A model generated the notes under the pieces. That model was not told where the DNA came from. It was given only the letters and a program-made list of their open reading frames with translations, and ran no database searches. A stretch of DNA of 61,626 bases, filler included, from Albugo candida (lineage: Eukaryota), in assembly GCA_040437565.1 (NCBI GenBank). It is 5 parts of 5 records of this genome, joined end to end, with 100 filler letters (N's around TTAATTAATTAA, not from the genome) between each part and the next. Parts side by side here need not be neighbours in the genome. Positions count along the whole stretch, not along the records: positions 50,155 to 61,626 come from JBDOQK010000110.1; 4 more parts are not named here. One strand, written 5' to 3'. Made by a program: the position numbers and the translations under genes. Position 1 is the first letter of the stretch; every line of letters begins with the position of its first letter. Below, piece after piece: positions 50,752 through 61,626 of the stretch.

Positions 50752-51399
50752 ATACTCTCACATCTCTACGAGTACATATCAATCAGTATTATGATATCTT
50801 CACATCTTCACATATATATCGTAAAGCTGCATCATTCAGAAGGTGAACTCAGAATACCCTTTAATATGCTTTGAATATGAAAGATATTTACATAGTAGTA
50901 TAAAAACGATGCATTTCTACTAAGAAATGCATTTTAACTCGTATCCTCGTAAGCAATGTGCCCGAAGACTCGCATAATTTTTAGATATTATGTACCAACA
51001 AAATAGGATTGCATAGACGGGCTTACGAGCACAGAGTTTCCAAATCTTTCAACATCATGATATCAGAAAGTACTTTCCTTTATACTCTAGGTATAGTCAG
51101 AAAAATATTTAGTTGGTTGGGGATAATGATATTCCAATCATATCTCTACTTGCAGTATTTAAGATTATAGAACTCTTTGTAGATGTCCCGATATGCGTTT
51201 CAAGCGAGCTGGATTGAGCTCTCAAACTGCTGGTGGTAATGGTGGCTGGATGGAAACCAATCTGACATGTAACATACACGTATCGTAGGGTACAATAGGT
51301 ATATTTGATTTTTCTCAAAATCACACCCAAAAAAATAAGATAAAGAGGACCATCTAACCATCTTACTGTGCGTTTTGGACATCAAACCACTTGTGAACT

Positions 51400-52463
51400 G
51401 TAAAAACACGTTGTTTAATCACTGAAGAGAAAGCTACCATTGTCGGAATGCATCTGGCAGATATCAAACAGCAGGAAGTCACCGCTCTAAAAGGTTTGAC
51501 CCGGTCAACCATTTCTAGAGTCCTACAGAATTGGCGTAAAATGTAGGTGGAGGACAACCCGGTCAAGAAGAGGATCAACGAAAGCTCTCAGAAAAGGTTC
51601 GCAGGTCTATTGGGCGCAATGTGATGCGGAACTGGGGTTACCATATAGAAATCGCGAACAATACGATTAGTCTGGTTTCGCCAGGCACAATCCGTAACGC
51701 CCTCCATGAAATGGGCTTCAAGAACCACCAGGAGCCTTTTTTTTACGGATAAACACAAGGTCAAGAGATCGTATTTTGCTCGGAAATACGGAAATTGGGC
51801 AGTAAGGGACTGGGAGAAAATCATTTGGACCATGAGTCGACCTTTAGGATTGGTCAGAATTCACGCCAGGTTGCTATGTGGCGTCGAGTGGATAAAAACG
51901 TTCGTTTGTGAGTGTTTGGCGCCAGCATTTTGAGAGTGGACGTTCCCCGATAATGATATGGGGTACTTTTGCTGACGATAAGATGCTTCTGATGGCCATC
52001 ATGCAACCCCAAAATCGTACTGCCACAGACTTTGTCGAACTAAAATATGACGCGGCAATTGGACCATGGGTGGGGACCAGGATGCCAAGAAAGGCCTAAT
52101 TTTCATAAAGGATGGTATGCCAGTCCACCGTAGTAGAGAAGTAAAGATCTGGCGTGAGAATCGGTCGCTTGCAAAGCTATAATTGCCTGCCCAAAGCCCT
52201 ATTAACTTGCAACATAATAATAAAAATGGTAAATTTACAGGTTATAAACGACTCTTTTTTCTGATCTCAACCCCATCGAGAACCTATTGAAGAATCAAAG
52301 ATGCCGCCTGAACCGCGACAGGACAAAAAACGTCGAAGAAATGGCTACCATGCTTGGAGATGAATATTGAAAGGTATCCCCCGAGACGCTTCAGTGCCTA
52401 GTATAGTCAATGCCAAAGCGAATTGCTGCTGTTCTTGCTGCCAATGCTGGATCAACTCGCTAG
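51400..52463 (+). mobile_element. Tc1-family transposase relic
   Basis: HTH-like LTRSTISRVL, DWEKIIWT/DES, IMIWGTF, KDGMPVHRS, LPAQS...DLNPIENL, SMPKRIAAVLAANAGSTR*; many stops and frameshifts. Confidence 0.88.
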
Positions 52464-53490
52464 TGAATCTTCCCAATGACACGCACATTTGAAGAGCTTG
52501 ATTGCAATTGCTGCATAAAACTGCACAACGACCTGCAATAGACTACATTGTAAACCTCGATCATTGCTACAGAATTATTGTGGCGCTTTGATCGTAAAAA
52601 AATGACTTTTTGTCAAGGCTGAGAGGATAATTTAATTCTCATATGAAAAATACCGTATGCTTTTGAAGGCCACTGTGAATCATTGCTTTATGGACAGTAC
52701 GGTACAAGCAGATGTGTGGTACACTTAAGTTCAACCATATCTGTCGGACAATAAACCAATGGCTGTGGGCGACCCGTTTTGTAAGACTTGGGCTAACTAG
52801 TGTAGTGAACTGAGGACCTTCGAAAAACAATATATATATACTTTTGCTTTATACTGCCGAGTAGTGTTTGAGAATTATTCCAGCACTCTGGTCAAGTGCC
52901 TTGGTTAGTCTAATCCGGAGACCACCACAAAGATCTTTGCTATACAGCTACGAAATATATACCAAGCAATAAGGAGAAAAAGGATGCTCTGACGCCAGGA
53001 ACTCAAAGATCAATGAACTGTCATCATGTCGGAATTTCCGATACCCCTTTTCCAGGCGGGTCAGCTCGAAGAAGACAAGCATCGACCTCGAAGTACTAGT
53101 GGAATAGAAAAGAGCGAGAATCCAGTACGAAAGACTGGCAAAAATAAACGATGTCGTCAGTACCGTTTCAACTATAGACTCTGTTGATCTCAATGTGTTG
53201 GAAGCGCCGGTGGGCTGAGTTTTTAATGCTGAATCGGATGAGAATGTCACGGAAAAGAAGCTTATGACGTTCGTGAACAAACACTGCGAGGATGATGCTG
53301 TGGCTGGAAACGCTAAAGCATTTCTTCAGGTCTTTGCAATGGATTTGGATGTACCCGACCCACCTATTCCGAAAGCTTGAAAATGCCGAAAGAGTTCAAA
53401 AAAAGATTTAAACGATTTTAGTCCTCTACATATAACACGTAATCTGTAATATCAAAGTTGTTCATCTAACGAGTAAAGTACACGTTTACG

Positions 53491-53553
53491 GTACTGTACA
53501 CCTATATGTCTCACCTGCGTGTTCACGGTTCGCTTCCATACTCGCAAAGTACG
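53491..53553. repeat. Short dispersed repeat, copy 2 (also 56271-56333 in the duplicated block)
   Basis: Matches 13150-13212, which lies on a different scaffold. Confidence 0.85.
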
Positions 53554-54117
53554 CATACGATGGTACCCAAACTGGTACCCAAACGTTACCAATCTATTCA
53601 CTTAGCGAAGCGTGCAACACTTTTGGAATACTTCAAGAATACAACCTAGCCCATTTACGTTCGAGAGTCAACACGATGAAGATCTAACAACTACAAGCTT
53701 ACTGCATTGCCGTGCTTGGCTTCCCACCAACGTATAAATATGTCTTGAGCGATTCACCCATGATAATGCGCAGTGTAAAAGGTCAAGACGAAAACTTAAT
53801 TGGGGATTCGGGTGGAGATAGCGAGGATTTGGAAAGATGTAAATCAGGCGGCGGAAAAAAGTGTGCCATCAAATGATTTAGCGATGGCGTTCTATCGGGA
53901 TGGTGACACAAGCCCTCTGTCTGTACTTCAACGCTGCTTTCGCTGGAATATCGTACTGCGTGGATCGACCCATGATCAAGAATCAATAACGTTCAACATA
54001 ATAGTTCGACAACCCTTACCATCTCACTATAAATTTGGAAGCAAAATCGTCGATGAGCGTACTAGACCAGGTTGTTGGGGAATTTCTAACACAGAGCTGA
54101 AAGATCTGTACAGAAAT

Positions 54118-54390
54118 AAGAAGATGCTGTTCGATTCCAAGTCAGGAGTGACGATTCTAAATACTGATGTGTTCTTTGACAGGGACAGTTGTAGAACCAA
54201 ACAAGAAGGCTAGCTTTTGCTCACTTTTGAAATCGCTGTGTCCCCTCAATTTTGAAGGATCTTCAACGTAAACGATGGGACCATCTCCTTCAACCCATTC
54301 AAACGAATAAATTCCACCTGGACCCTTATCAAAGAACACATCAGTATTGAGAATCATCACTCCTGACTTGGAACCGAACAGCATCTTCTT
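54118..54390. repeat. Inverted repeat, ~67-bp arms and ~138-bp spacer (second copy 56898-57170)
   Basis: AAGAAGATGCTGTTCGATTCCAAGTCAGGAGTGACGATTCTAAATACTGATGTGTTCTTTGA pairs with 54323-54390. Confidence 0.92.
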
Positions 54391-57300
54391 CTCAAATCGC
54401 ATTTGTCTCAGTTGCAATACATTCCAACTATCAGTTGAAGCTCATCATGCGGCCGAACAAGCTCTTGTGAAACGTAGACCAAAAATGATACTGCGCAAGT
54501 CTGGCACAAATGGCGCTAATTTGTAACATCACCTGTTCAGATTGTACGTGAGGGTAAGATCATTTTCCATACTAGTAAGGACCCGTATTCGGTATTGGGC
54601 GCTGAATCATTGCGAATATTCAAAATCAAAATCAGCATCGATACAACGGGTGAAAAGAAATTGTACCGATTAACACTTTCCAAAAAGAGCGGTAAACGGA
54701 GCGCTGAAAATAGCGCAGCAGCGGGGGGTATCGGTCATGATCATGAACGGATCTTCGGCAATTGGAAATACCGGATGTCTGGAAAAAGACATATGATAAT
54801 TAGGCCACATCCAAAAAGGAGAACCAGAGACAAGATTAATATTCAATAAATTTCTTGACTTTGATGACACGTGCTTTCCCTTCCATTATAGACTCAGTCG
54901 GAGAAGCTGGAGCTCTAATGCAGCATGGCTCTATAAGCAATTCAAGCGAAATAAAAATGTCTTACTATAAGTCATCAGAACCCTAGATCATGGACATAAT
55001 GCTTAATCACTTTCTGTCAGAACATGATCGCTTCGCCATTCCTTGATGTCAACACATTCGAATGGGATCGGTGAGTTGTTTGGCACGACATGGTTTGTTG
55101 CAAATGAAAAATTTACATAACTTTCCGGAATCGGCTCGACTACATCGTTTGAGACAACAAGACATTCTCTCCGTCGATCTCACGATGAATCCACGATGGT
55201 CTGAGAAAGAAGATCGCTCTCATGTATCAAAAAAAGACTTCTTTGCTATCTGTCCCGGTGACGCCGACCCATATTCGTTGTCCACCAACAACAAAAACAT
55301 CAAAATCCACGCGGTACGAAAATTCAGGAAGGCTTGAACCCGGTCACACCCAATCACTTTGATAATCAGCAGGCGAAACCGCTCCGGAGTGCGTGTTGTA
55401 CGATCCAGTTCCGGTTTGCCAAAAGCTGCATTCAACTAATACAAGTACAAACACATACTTACGGCTGGGGATGGACAACATACGGACATGAGCGACGTAG
55501 AGCCAAGCCACAATTTTGCTTTGAAGCGTAAACCACAAGCACTGGGTTGTTGCTCAACCTTTACAATCTCATATCGGCATCAGCGCCGACGTTCACCTCT
55601 TTAGATCAGAAAGTGCTGATCCCGATGCAACATGAATGATGCAGGGAACTGGGTGATGTTCTGCAATACTCGACTAAGATCTGGCTGGTGTCTTGTAAGG
55701 CACATTTGAGTACATCGTAGATNNNNNNNNNNNNNNNNNNNNNNNNNNNNNNNNNNNNNNNNNNNNNNNNNNNNNNNNNNNNNNNNNNNNNNNNNNNNNN
55801 NNNNNNNNNNNNNNNNNNNNNNACCCCTTTTCCAGGCGGGTCAGCTCGAAGAAGACAAGCATCGACCTCGAAGTACTAGTGGAATAGAAAAGAGCGAGAA
55901 TCCAGTACGAAAGACTGGCAAAAATAAACGATGTCGTCAGTACCGTTTCAACTATAGACTCTGTTGATCTCAATGTGTTGGAAGCGCCGGTGGGCTGAGT
56001 TTTTAATGCTGAATCGGATGAGAATGTCACGGAAAAGAAGCTTATGACGTTCGTGAACAAACACTGCGAGGATGATGCTGTGGCTGGAAACGCTAAAGCA
56101 TTTCTTCAGGTCTTTGCAATGGATTTGGATGTACCCGACCCACCTATTCCGAAAGCTTGAAAATGCCGAAAGAGTTCAAAAAAAGATTTAAACGATTTTA
56201 GTCCTCTACATATAACACGTAATCTGTAATATCAAAGTTGTTCATCTAACGAGTAAAGTACACGTTTACGGTACTGTACACCTATATGTCTCACCTGCGT
56301 GTTCACGGTTCGCTTCCATACTCGCAAAGTACGCATACGATGGTACCCAAACTGGTACCCAAACGTTACCAATCTATTCACTTAGCGAAGCGTGCAACAC
56401 TTTTGGAATACTTCAAGAATACAACCTAGCCCATTTACGTTCGAGAGTCAACACGATGAAGATCTAACAACTACAAGCTTACTGCATTGCCGTGCTTGGC
56501 TTCCCACCAACGTATAAATATGTCTTGAGCGATTCACCCATGATAATGCGCAGTGTAAAAGGTCAAGACGAAAACTTAATTGGGGATTCGGGTGGAGATA
56601 GCGAGGATTTGGAAAGATGTAAATCAGGCGGCGGAAAAAAGTGTGCCATCAAATGATTTAGCGATGGCGTTCTATCGGGATGGTGACACAAGCCCTCTGT
56701 CTGTACTTCAACGCTGCTTTCGCTGGAATATCGTACTGCGTGGATCGACCCATGATCAAGAATCAATAACGTTCAACATAATAGTTCGACAACCCTTACC
56801 ATCTCACTATAAATTTGGAAGCAAAATCGTCGATGAGCGTACTAGACCAGGTTGTTGGGGAATTTCTAACACAGAGCTGAAAGATCTGTACAGAAATAAG
56901 AAGATGCTGTTCGATTCCAAGTCAGGAGTGACGATTCTAAATACTGATGTGTTCTTTGACAGGGACAGTTGTAGAACCAAACAAGAAGGCTAGCTTTTGC
57001 TCACTTTTGAAATCGCTGTGTCCCCTCAATTTTGAAGGATCTTCAACGTAAACGATGGGACCATCTCCTTCAACCCATTCAAACGAATAAATTCCACCTG
57101 GACCCTTATCAAAGAACACATCAGTATTGAGAATCATCACTCCTGACTTGGAACCGAACAGCATCTTCTTCTCAAATCGCATTTGTCTCAGTTGCAATAC
57201 ATTCCAACTATCAGTTGAAGCTCATCATGCGGCCGAACAAGCTCTTGTGAAACGTAGACCAAAAATGATACTGCGCAAGTCTGGCACAAATGGCGCTAAT

Positions 57301-58384
57301 TTGTAACATCACCTGTTCAGATTGTACGTGAGGGTAAGATCATTTTCCATACTAGTAAGGACCCGTATTCGGTATTGGGCGCTGAATCATTGCGAATATT
57401 CAAAATCAAAATCAGCATCGATACAACGGGTGAAAAGAAATTGTACCGATTAACACTTTCCAAAAAGAGCGGTAAACGGAGCGCTGAAAATAGCGCAGCA
57501 GCGGGGGGTATCGGTCATGATCATGAACGGATCTTCGGCAATTGGAAATACCGGATGTCTGGAAAAAGACATATGATAATTAGGCCACATCCAAAAAGGA
57601 GAACCAGAGACAAGATTAATATTCAATAAATTTCTTGACTTTGATGACACGTGCTTTCCCTTCCATTATAGACTCAGTCGGAGAAGCTGGAGCTCTAATG
57701 CAGCATGGCTCTATAAGCAATTCAAGCGAAATAAAAATGTCTTACTATAAGTCATCAGAACCCTAGATCATGGACATAATGCTTAATCACTTTCTGTCAG
57801 AACATGATCGCTTCGCCATTCCTTGATGTCAACACATTCGAATGGGATCGGTGAGTTGTTTGGCACGACATGGTTTGTTGCAAATGAAAAATTTACATAA
57901 CTTTCCGGAATCGGCTCGACTACATCGTTTGAGACAACAAGACATTCTCTCCGTCGATCTCACGATGAATCCACGATGGTCTGAGAAAGAAGATCGCTCT
58001 CATGTATCAAAAAAAGACTTCTTTGCTATCTGTCCCGGTGACGCCGACCCATATTCGTTGTCCACCAACAACAAAAACATCAAAATCCACGCGGTACGAA
58101 AATTCAGGAAGGCTTGAACCCGGTCACACCCAATCACTTTGATAATCAGCAGGCGAAACCGCTCCGGAGTGCGTGTTGTACGATCCAGTTCCGGTTTGCC
58201 AAAAGCTGCATTCAACTAATACAAGTACAAACACATACTTACGGCTGGGGATGGACAACATACGGACATGAGCGACGTAGAGCCAAGCCACAATTTTGCT
58301 TTGAAGCGTAAACCACAAGCACTGGGTTGTTGCTCAACCTTTACAATCTCATATCGGCATCAGCGCCGACGTTCACCTCTTTAG

Positions 58385-58612
58385 ATCAGAAAGTGCTGAT
58401 CCCGATGCAACATGAATGATGCAGGGAACTGGGTGATGTTCTGCAATACTCGACTAAGATCTGGCTGGTGTCTTGTAAGGCACATTTGAGTACATCGTAG
58501 ATACGAATGCCCACATTGACGTACCTTGCCGTGAATTCAATAAATGAACGCAACTAGTATTCACCCAGTTCCCTACATCATTCATATCGCATCGGGATCA
58601 GCACTTTCTGAT
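58385..58612. repeat. Inverted repeat, 52-bp arms and 124-bp spacer
   Basis: 58385-58436 ATCAGAAAGTGCTGATCCCGATGCAACATGAATGATGCAGGGAACTGGGTGA pairs with 58561-58612 with 3 mismatches. Confidence 0.92.
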
Positions 58613-61600
58613 TATCCGATTCAAATGACACTTCAGTGTGCATTTTTGAGACATTGACTTGCATGAACCAAACGAGTATGTCCGTCATCATAATGCGTTG
58701 CAGTCAACATCAAATCTCTGCAAAGTACATTAATATTCATCATACAATGCGACCTGAAGACTTCCATGAAAGACAAGTATATTTGACACTCATGTGCGGC
58801 TTTTGTAATAGTCTACATCAACTCTTCATGCATCGATAAGCACTAGCCATTGACCAACCACGCTGGCTTCACCAAAGCACACCACAAATGATGACATTAT
58901 AACAGCTTCTTCGCACCACGTGAGACGTCCACTATATTTGTATTCTACCCTCAAAAACGCCTGGAAACATTCCTTACGGTATCATACTCCGTCCTTTCAC
59001 CTCGATTGCGATGAGCACCTTCATGTAACACACGACAACGATTACTTTTCAGGACGCCGTAAGAACTATGGAAGCGGTCTCAACGAATACAGTGCTGCAA
59101 AAGCCTCCATTCGTAAGTTGGTGACGTCGTGTTTGGTGCAAGTATATTGAATTGAACTCATTCGTGTGAACAAAAGTTTGTAGTTTTGGATCGTACTTCT
59201 AGTCATTCTTGGACTGCTGGGCTTTCCTCGGGATTTTAGATATTGCCCTATCAAGAAAGCTCACGGATTCTTCCGTCATTCACATATAAAGCAGCTAGCT
59301 ATTCCAGTGCAATACTTGTCATGATGTCTGTATTCGGTCTCTACGGACTTCATCAGCAACGAATGTGTGTAGGAAAACGAAATTATGCACCTGATTCGGT
59401 ACGTTTTCATCAGTGTAACAAAGAACCTCAACGACTCTCTCTTTTCTATTTTTAAGTTTGTCATTTTGAGCATTGGAGGAGCAATTCTAGTGGCATTAGA
59501 TGGATGCATAGCCATATTGCTTTGCAATATCACTCGAGAGGCTACTTCCACCGCGTTTGAAACCCGCCAAGTCCGATCTTTGAGATGGCTGTTGTAAGAA
59601 TGCTCTTCATCTTCTCTTCCAAACACCCTCCGTGTTGGAGTTTGTCTAGTTTGTCTAAACGAAAAGCTTGCCGTATAGATTCATACAATCAGATTTTTTA
59701 AGTCGTGTGTGTTTGTTGGCCTTGTTAACTCTATAGCGGTGAGATTAATCTGCGACTTGTTTCTTTGAAAGCAGACGCAGTCCTATCCTAGAAATAATCT
59801 TCAATGCAACTTTTAAGTCATTTATTGTAAAGATCGCTCTCATTGTAGCTATACCGGTCTCTTTTCGGCTCATCATACACTAGCTCGAGTTGTTCAGTCA
59901 GGTTATTTGCCTAAAGAACGAACTTACCAGAAGAAACATACGCCTTTAGTATGTATCTACAACGAGATTTTTTTTGCTTTCTCCACACTTTAGGGTAGTG
60001 AGATGTGTTGGTTCGAAACTACTACAAATTCTGTATCGATTAAAATTAATCAATTTCGCGTTCATACAGATGCAAATCATTGACTAACATGTCTCATGCA
60101 CAGCAAAAACGCGGTGACAAAATCACAAGGGTGTCCCAAATCCAGATTTTCTTTGACATTTTGAGCCCCCATTTTCGCGCGAAAAGCGATCCCATGAAAA
60201 CCTTCGAGTCCTGCAGCATTGACTTTGGGCAAATCCATCTTGAGCTCCTATGATCATGCCTACTTTTTGATTGGATTCGATCTTGTTCATGAATCTTCCT
60301 TGCATCCTCCAGTTATTGCAACTTTTCACGTTACGACTGCGGCTAACCTCCAGCCGCATTTTGAGTTTTTCCACGTCGATCTTGACTTCGCATACTACTT
60401 CTGTGGCATCCTAAAGCTGAGTCATGTCTCTTTCTACGATTTATCTCTCTTCACGGACGTTCCTTCGCTCGGAAGAGGTCGCATTTTCATATTGGAAGCT
60501 GGGCGCACGATGGGAGCATTGGTCATCGTCCACGGCGTAGACACTTAGACTCAGATTCCACAGCCACGCCCGCTTTACTGACAGAAATATTATACATAGA
60601 ATATTATTCCTGGGCCTGTCATGAAGAACGGGAGGGACTCCAATTAGCTGTTAGAAGCTACCAGGTATTCGGCTGATCTTGAACTTGTAGAGATTGTGCA
60701 ATCAGCTCGAGATGGGATGTTGCATCCTCGTGTCAGCGGTCAGACACAAGAATTTTTCGATTGGAGTATAAAAAGTCACGTACCGTCACATATTTTCGGA
60801 GAGAACTTTTGAGAGAGCCAACGCATTGGATGTGGTCTGCAAAACATGGCTCTTAATTACGGATGAAGCAATGCAAAGTTCTTATAAAACAAAGAACAAA
60901 GGTTTGTGTACGTATCTGTTGTGGTACCAATTTGCTATCAAGTACTGCATAAGTTTCTCTCTACAAAGGAAGATACTGAAAGCAGTGGATGACAACACAC
61001 TTTTGTTTCGTGACATCCACCAATTTCCAGGCGAGTCAATCCGAAGGCATTCACTTTGCATCATTCGTGTGTGCAGCTTGAATAAGACGTGTATGGAATA
61101 ATAGTCAAGTCGATTCTTTCACTCCCCGAAGAAGCGGGGTATTTTGTGTGGATAAATGAGTGTGATCTTTGAAAACTCGAAAAGAAGCAAAATGAAAATG
61201 GCAGTTCTGGATTCAGATAGAAGTCACTGGAAAGTATGGAAGTACTTCTGCAGCCGCGAAGAGTACGCTAATAATGCTCGAGAGCTAGTTCATATTAGCG
61301 ATGTGAGCATCACTTGCAATTTATCGAATATTTGCTTTCTCGACCGGAACGCAATGAGCCCTTGCTTCTTCGGTGGATAAGGTTACATACTTTACTTATA
61401 ATCGAGCTACTTCGCACGGATGATAACTTCCACGTATTCTCAATCTCTTGTTCATTGATCGAATCTGGCCCATCAGCACCTATTCTGGAACCTTTGCCGA
61501 TTTCTTCATCCTCTTTCAAAAAACGTACATCGAAACAATTCCGCTCGAGTGGATCCTATTGACGTTTGCTGAGACATAAAGGAATCGCAAGAAACGTACA

Positions 61601-61626
61601 AACACACCTTATACTCGAGCCCTAGA

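Larger units (their letters stand above)
53043..58502. repeat. 2680-bp tandem duplication across a 100-N gap (53043-55722 = 55823-58502)
   Basis: The ORF set repeats with identical translations at offset 2780; both copies abut the gap at 55723-55822. Confidence 0.95.

Noticed and set aside
61156..61380. VWKYF motif suggesting a BED zinc finger of a hAT element
   Set aside because: The CxxC...H...H ligands are incomplete and no hAT catalytic motifs are visible.
1..61626. tRNA, rRNA or snRNA genes
   Set aside because: No cloverleaf or conserved rRNA/snRNA signature recognised by eye; tRNAscan-SE and Infernal would be needed to exclude them.

Overview
Eukaryotic draft-assembly window, most likely an oomycete. 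An Albugo-like species is inferred from compact intron-containing genes, TTTAGGG telomere repeats and stramenopile-type gene families. It is not one contiguous locus: five unplaced scaffolds are joined by artificial N44-TTAATTAATTAA-N44 spacers. Piece 1 (1-13558) holds a decayed full-length Ty1/Copia element and a second Copia 5' remnant. Piece 2 (13659-26145) starts at a telomere with layered variant repeats, followed by a subtelomere with a MULE relic, a phosphoglucomutase-2 pseudogene and an IS630-Tc1-mariner transposase relic. Piece 3 (26246-38154) is gene-dense: PH-domain protein, MAK16, GPx1-like Cys glutathione peroxidase, PIG-Q/GPI1, an 849-aa unknown, a bHLH-PAS factor and UNG. Piece 4 (38255-50054) is markedly AT-richer with fungal-style introns, repeated PD-(D/E)xK-like genes and an Rsc9-like fragment, and is probably a Mucoromycota contaminant. 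Piece 5 (50155-61626) has a Tc1 relic, a probably artefactual 2.68-kb duplication and two long inverted repeats that could form hairpin RNAs. No new biological system can be established from sequence alone. The best leads are the hairpins, the modular nuclease-like family, the layered telomere and the GPx1-type peroxidase.
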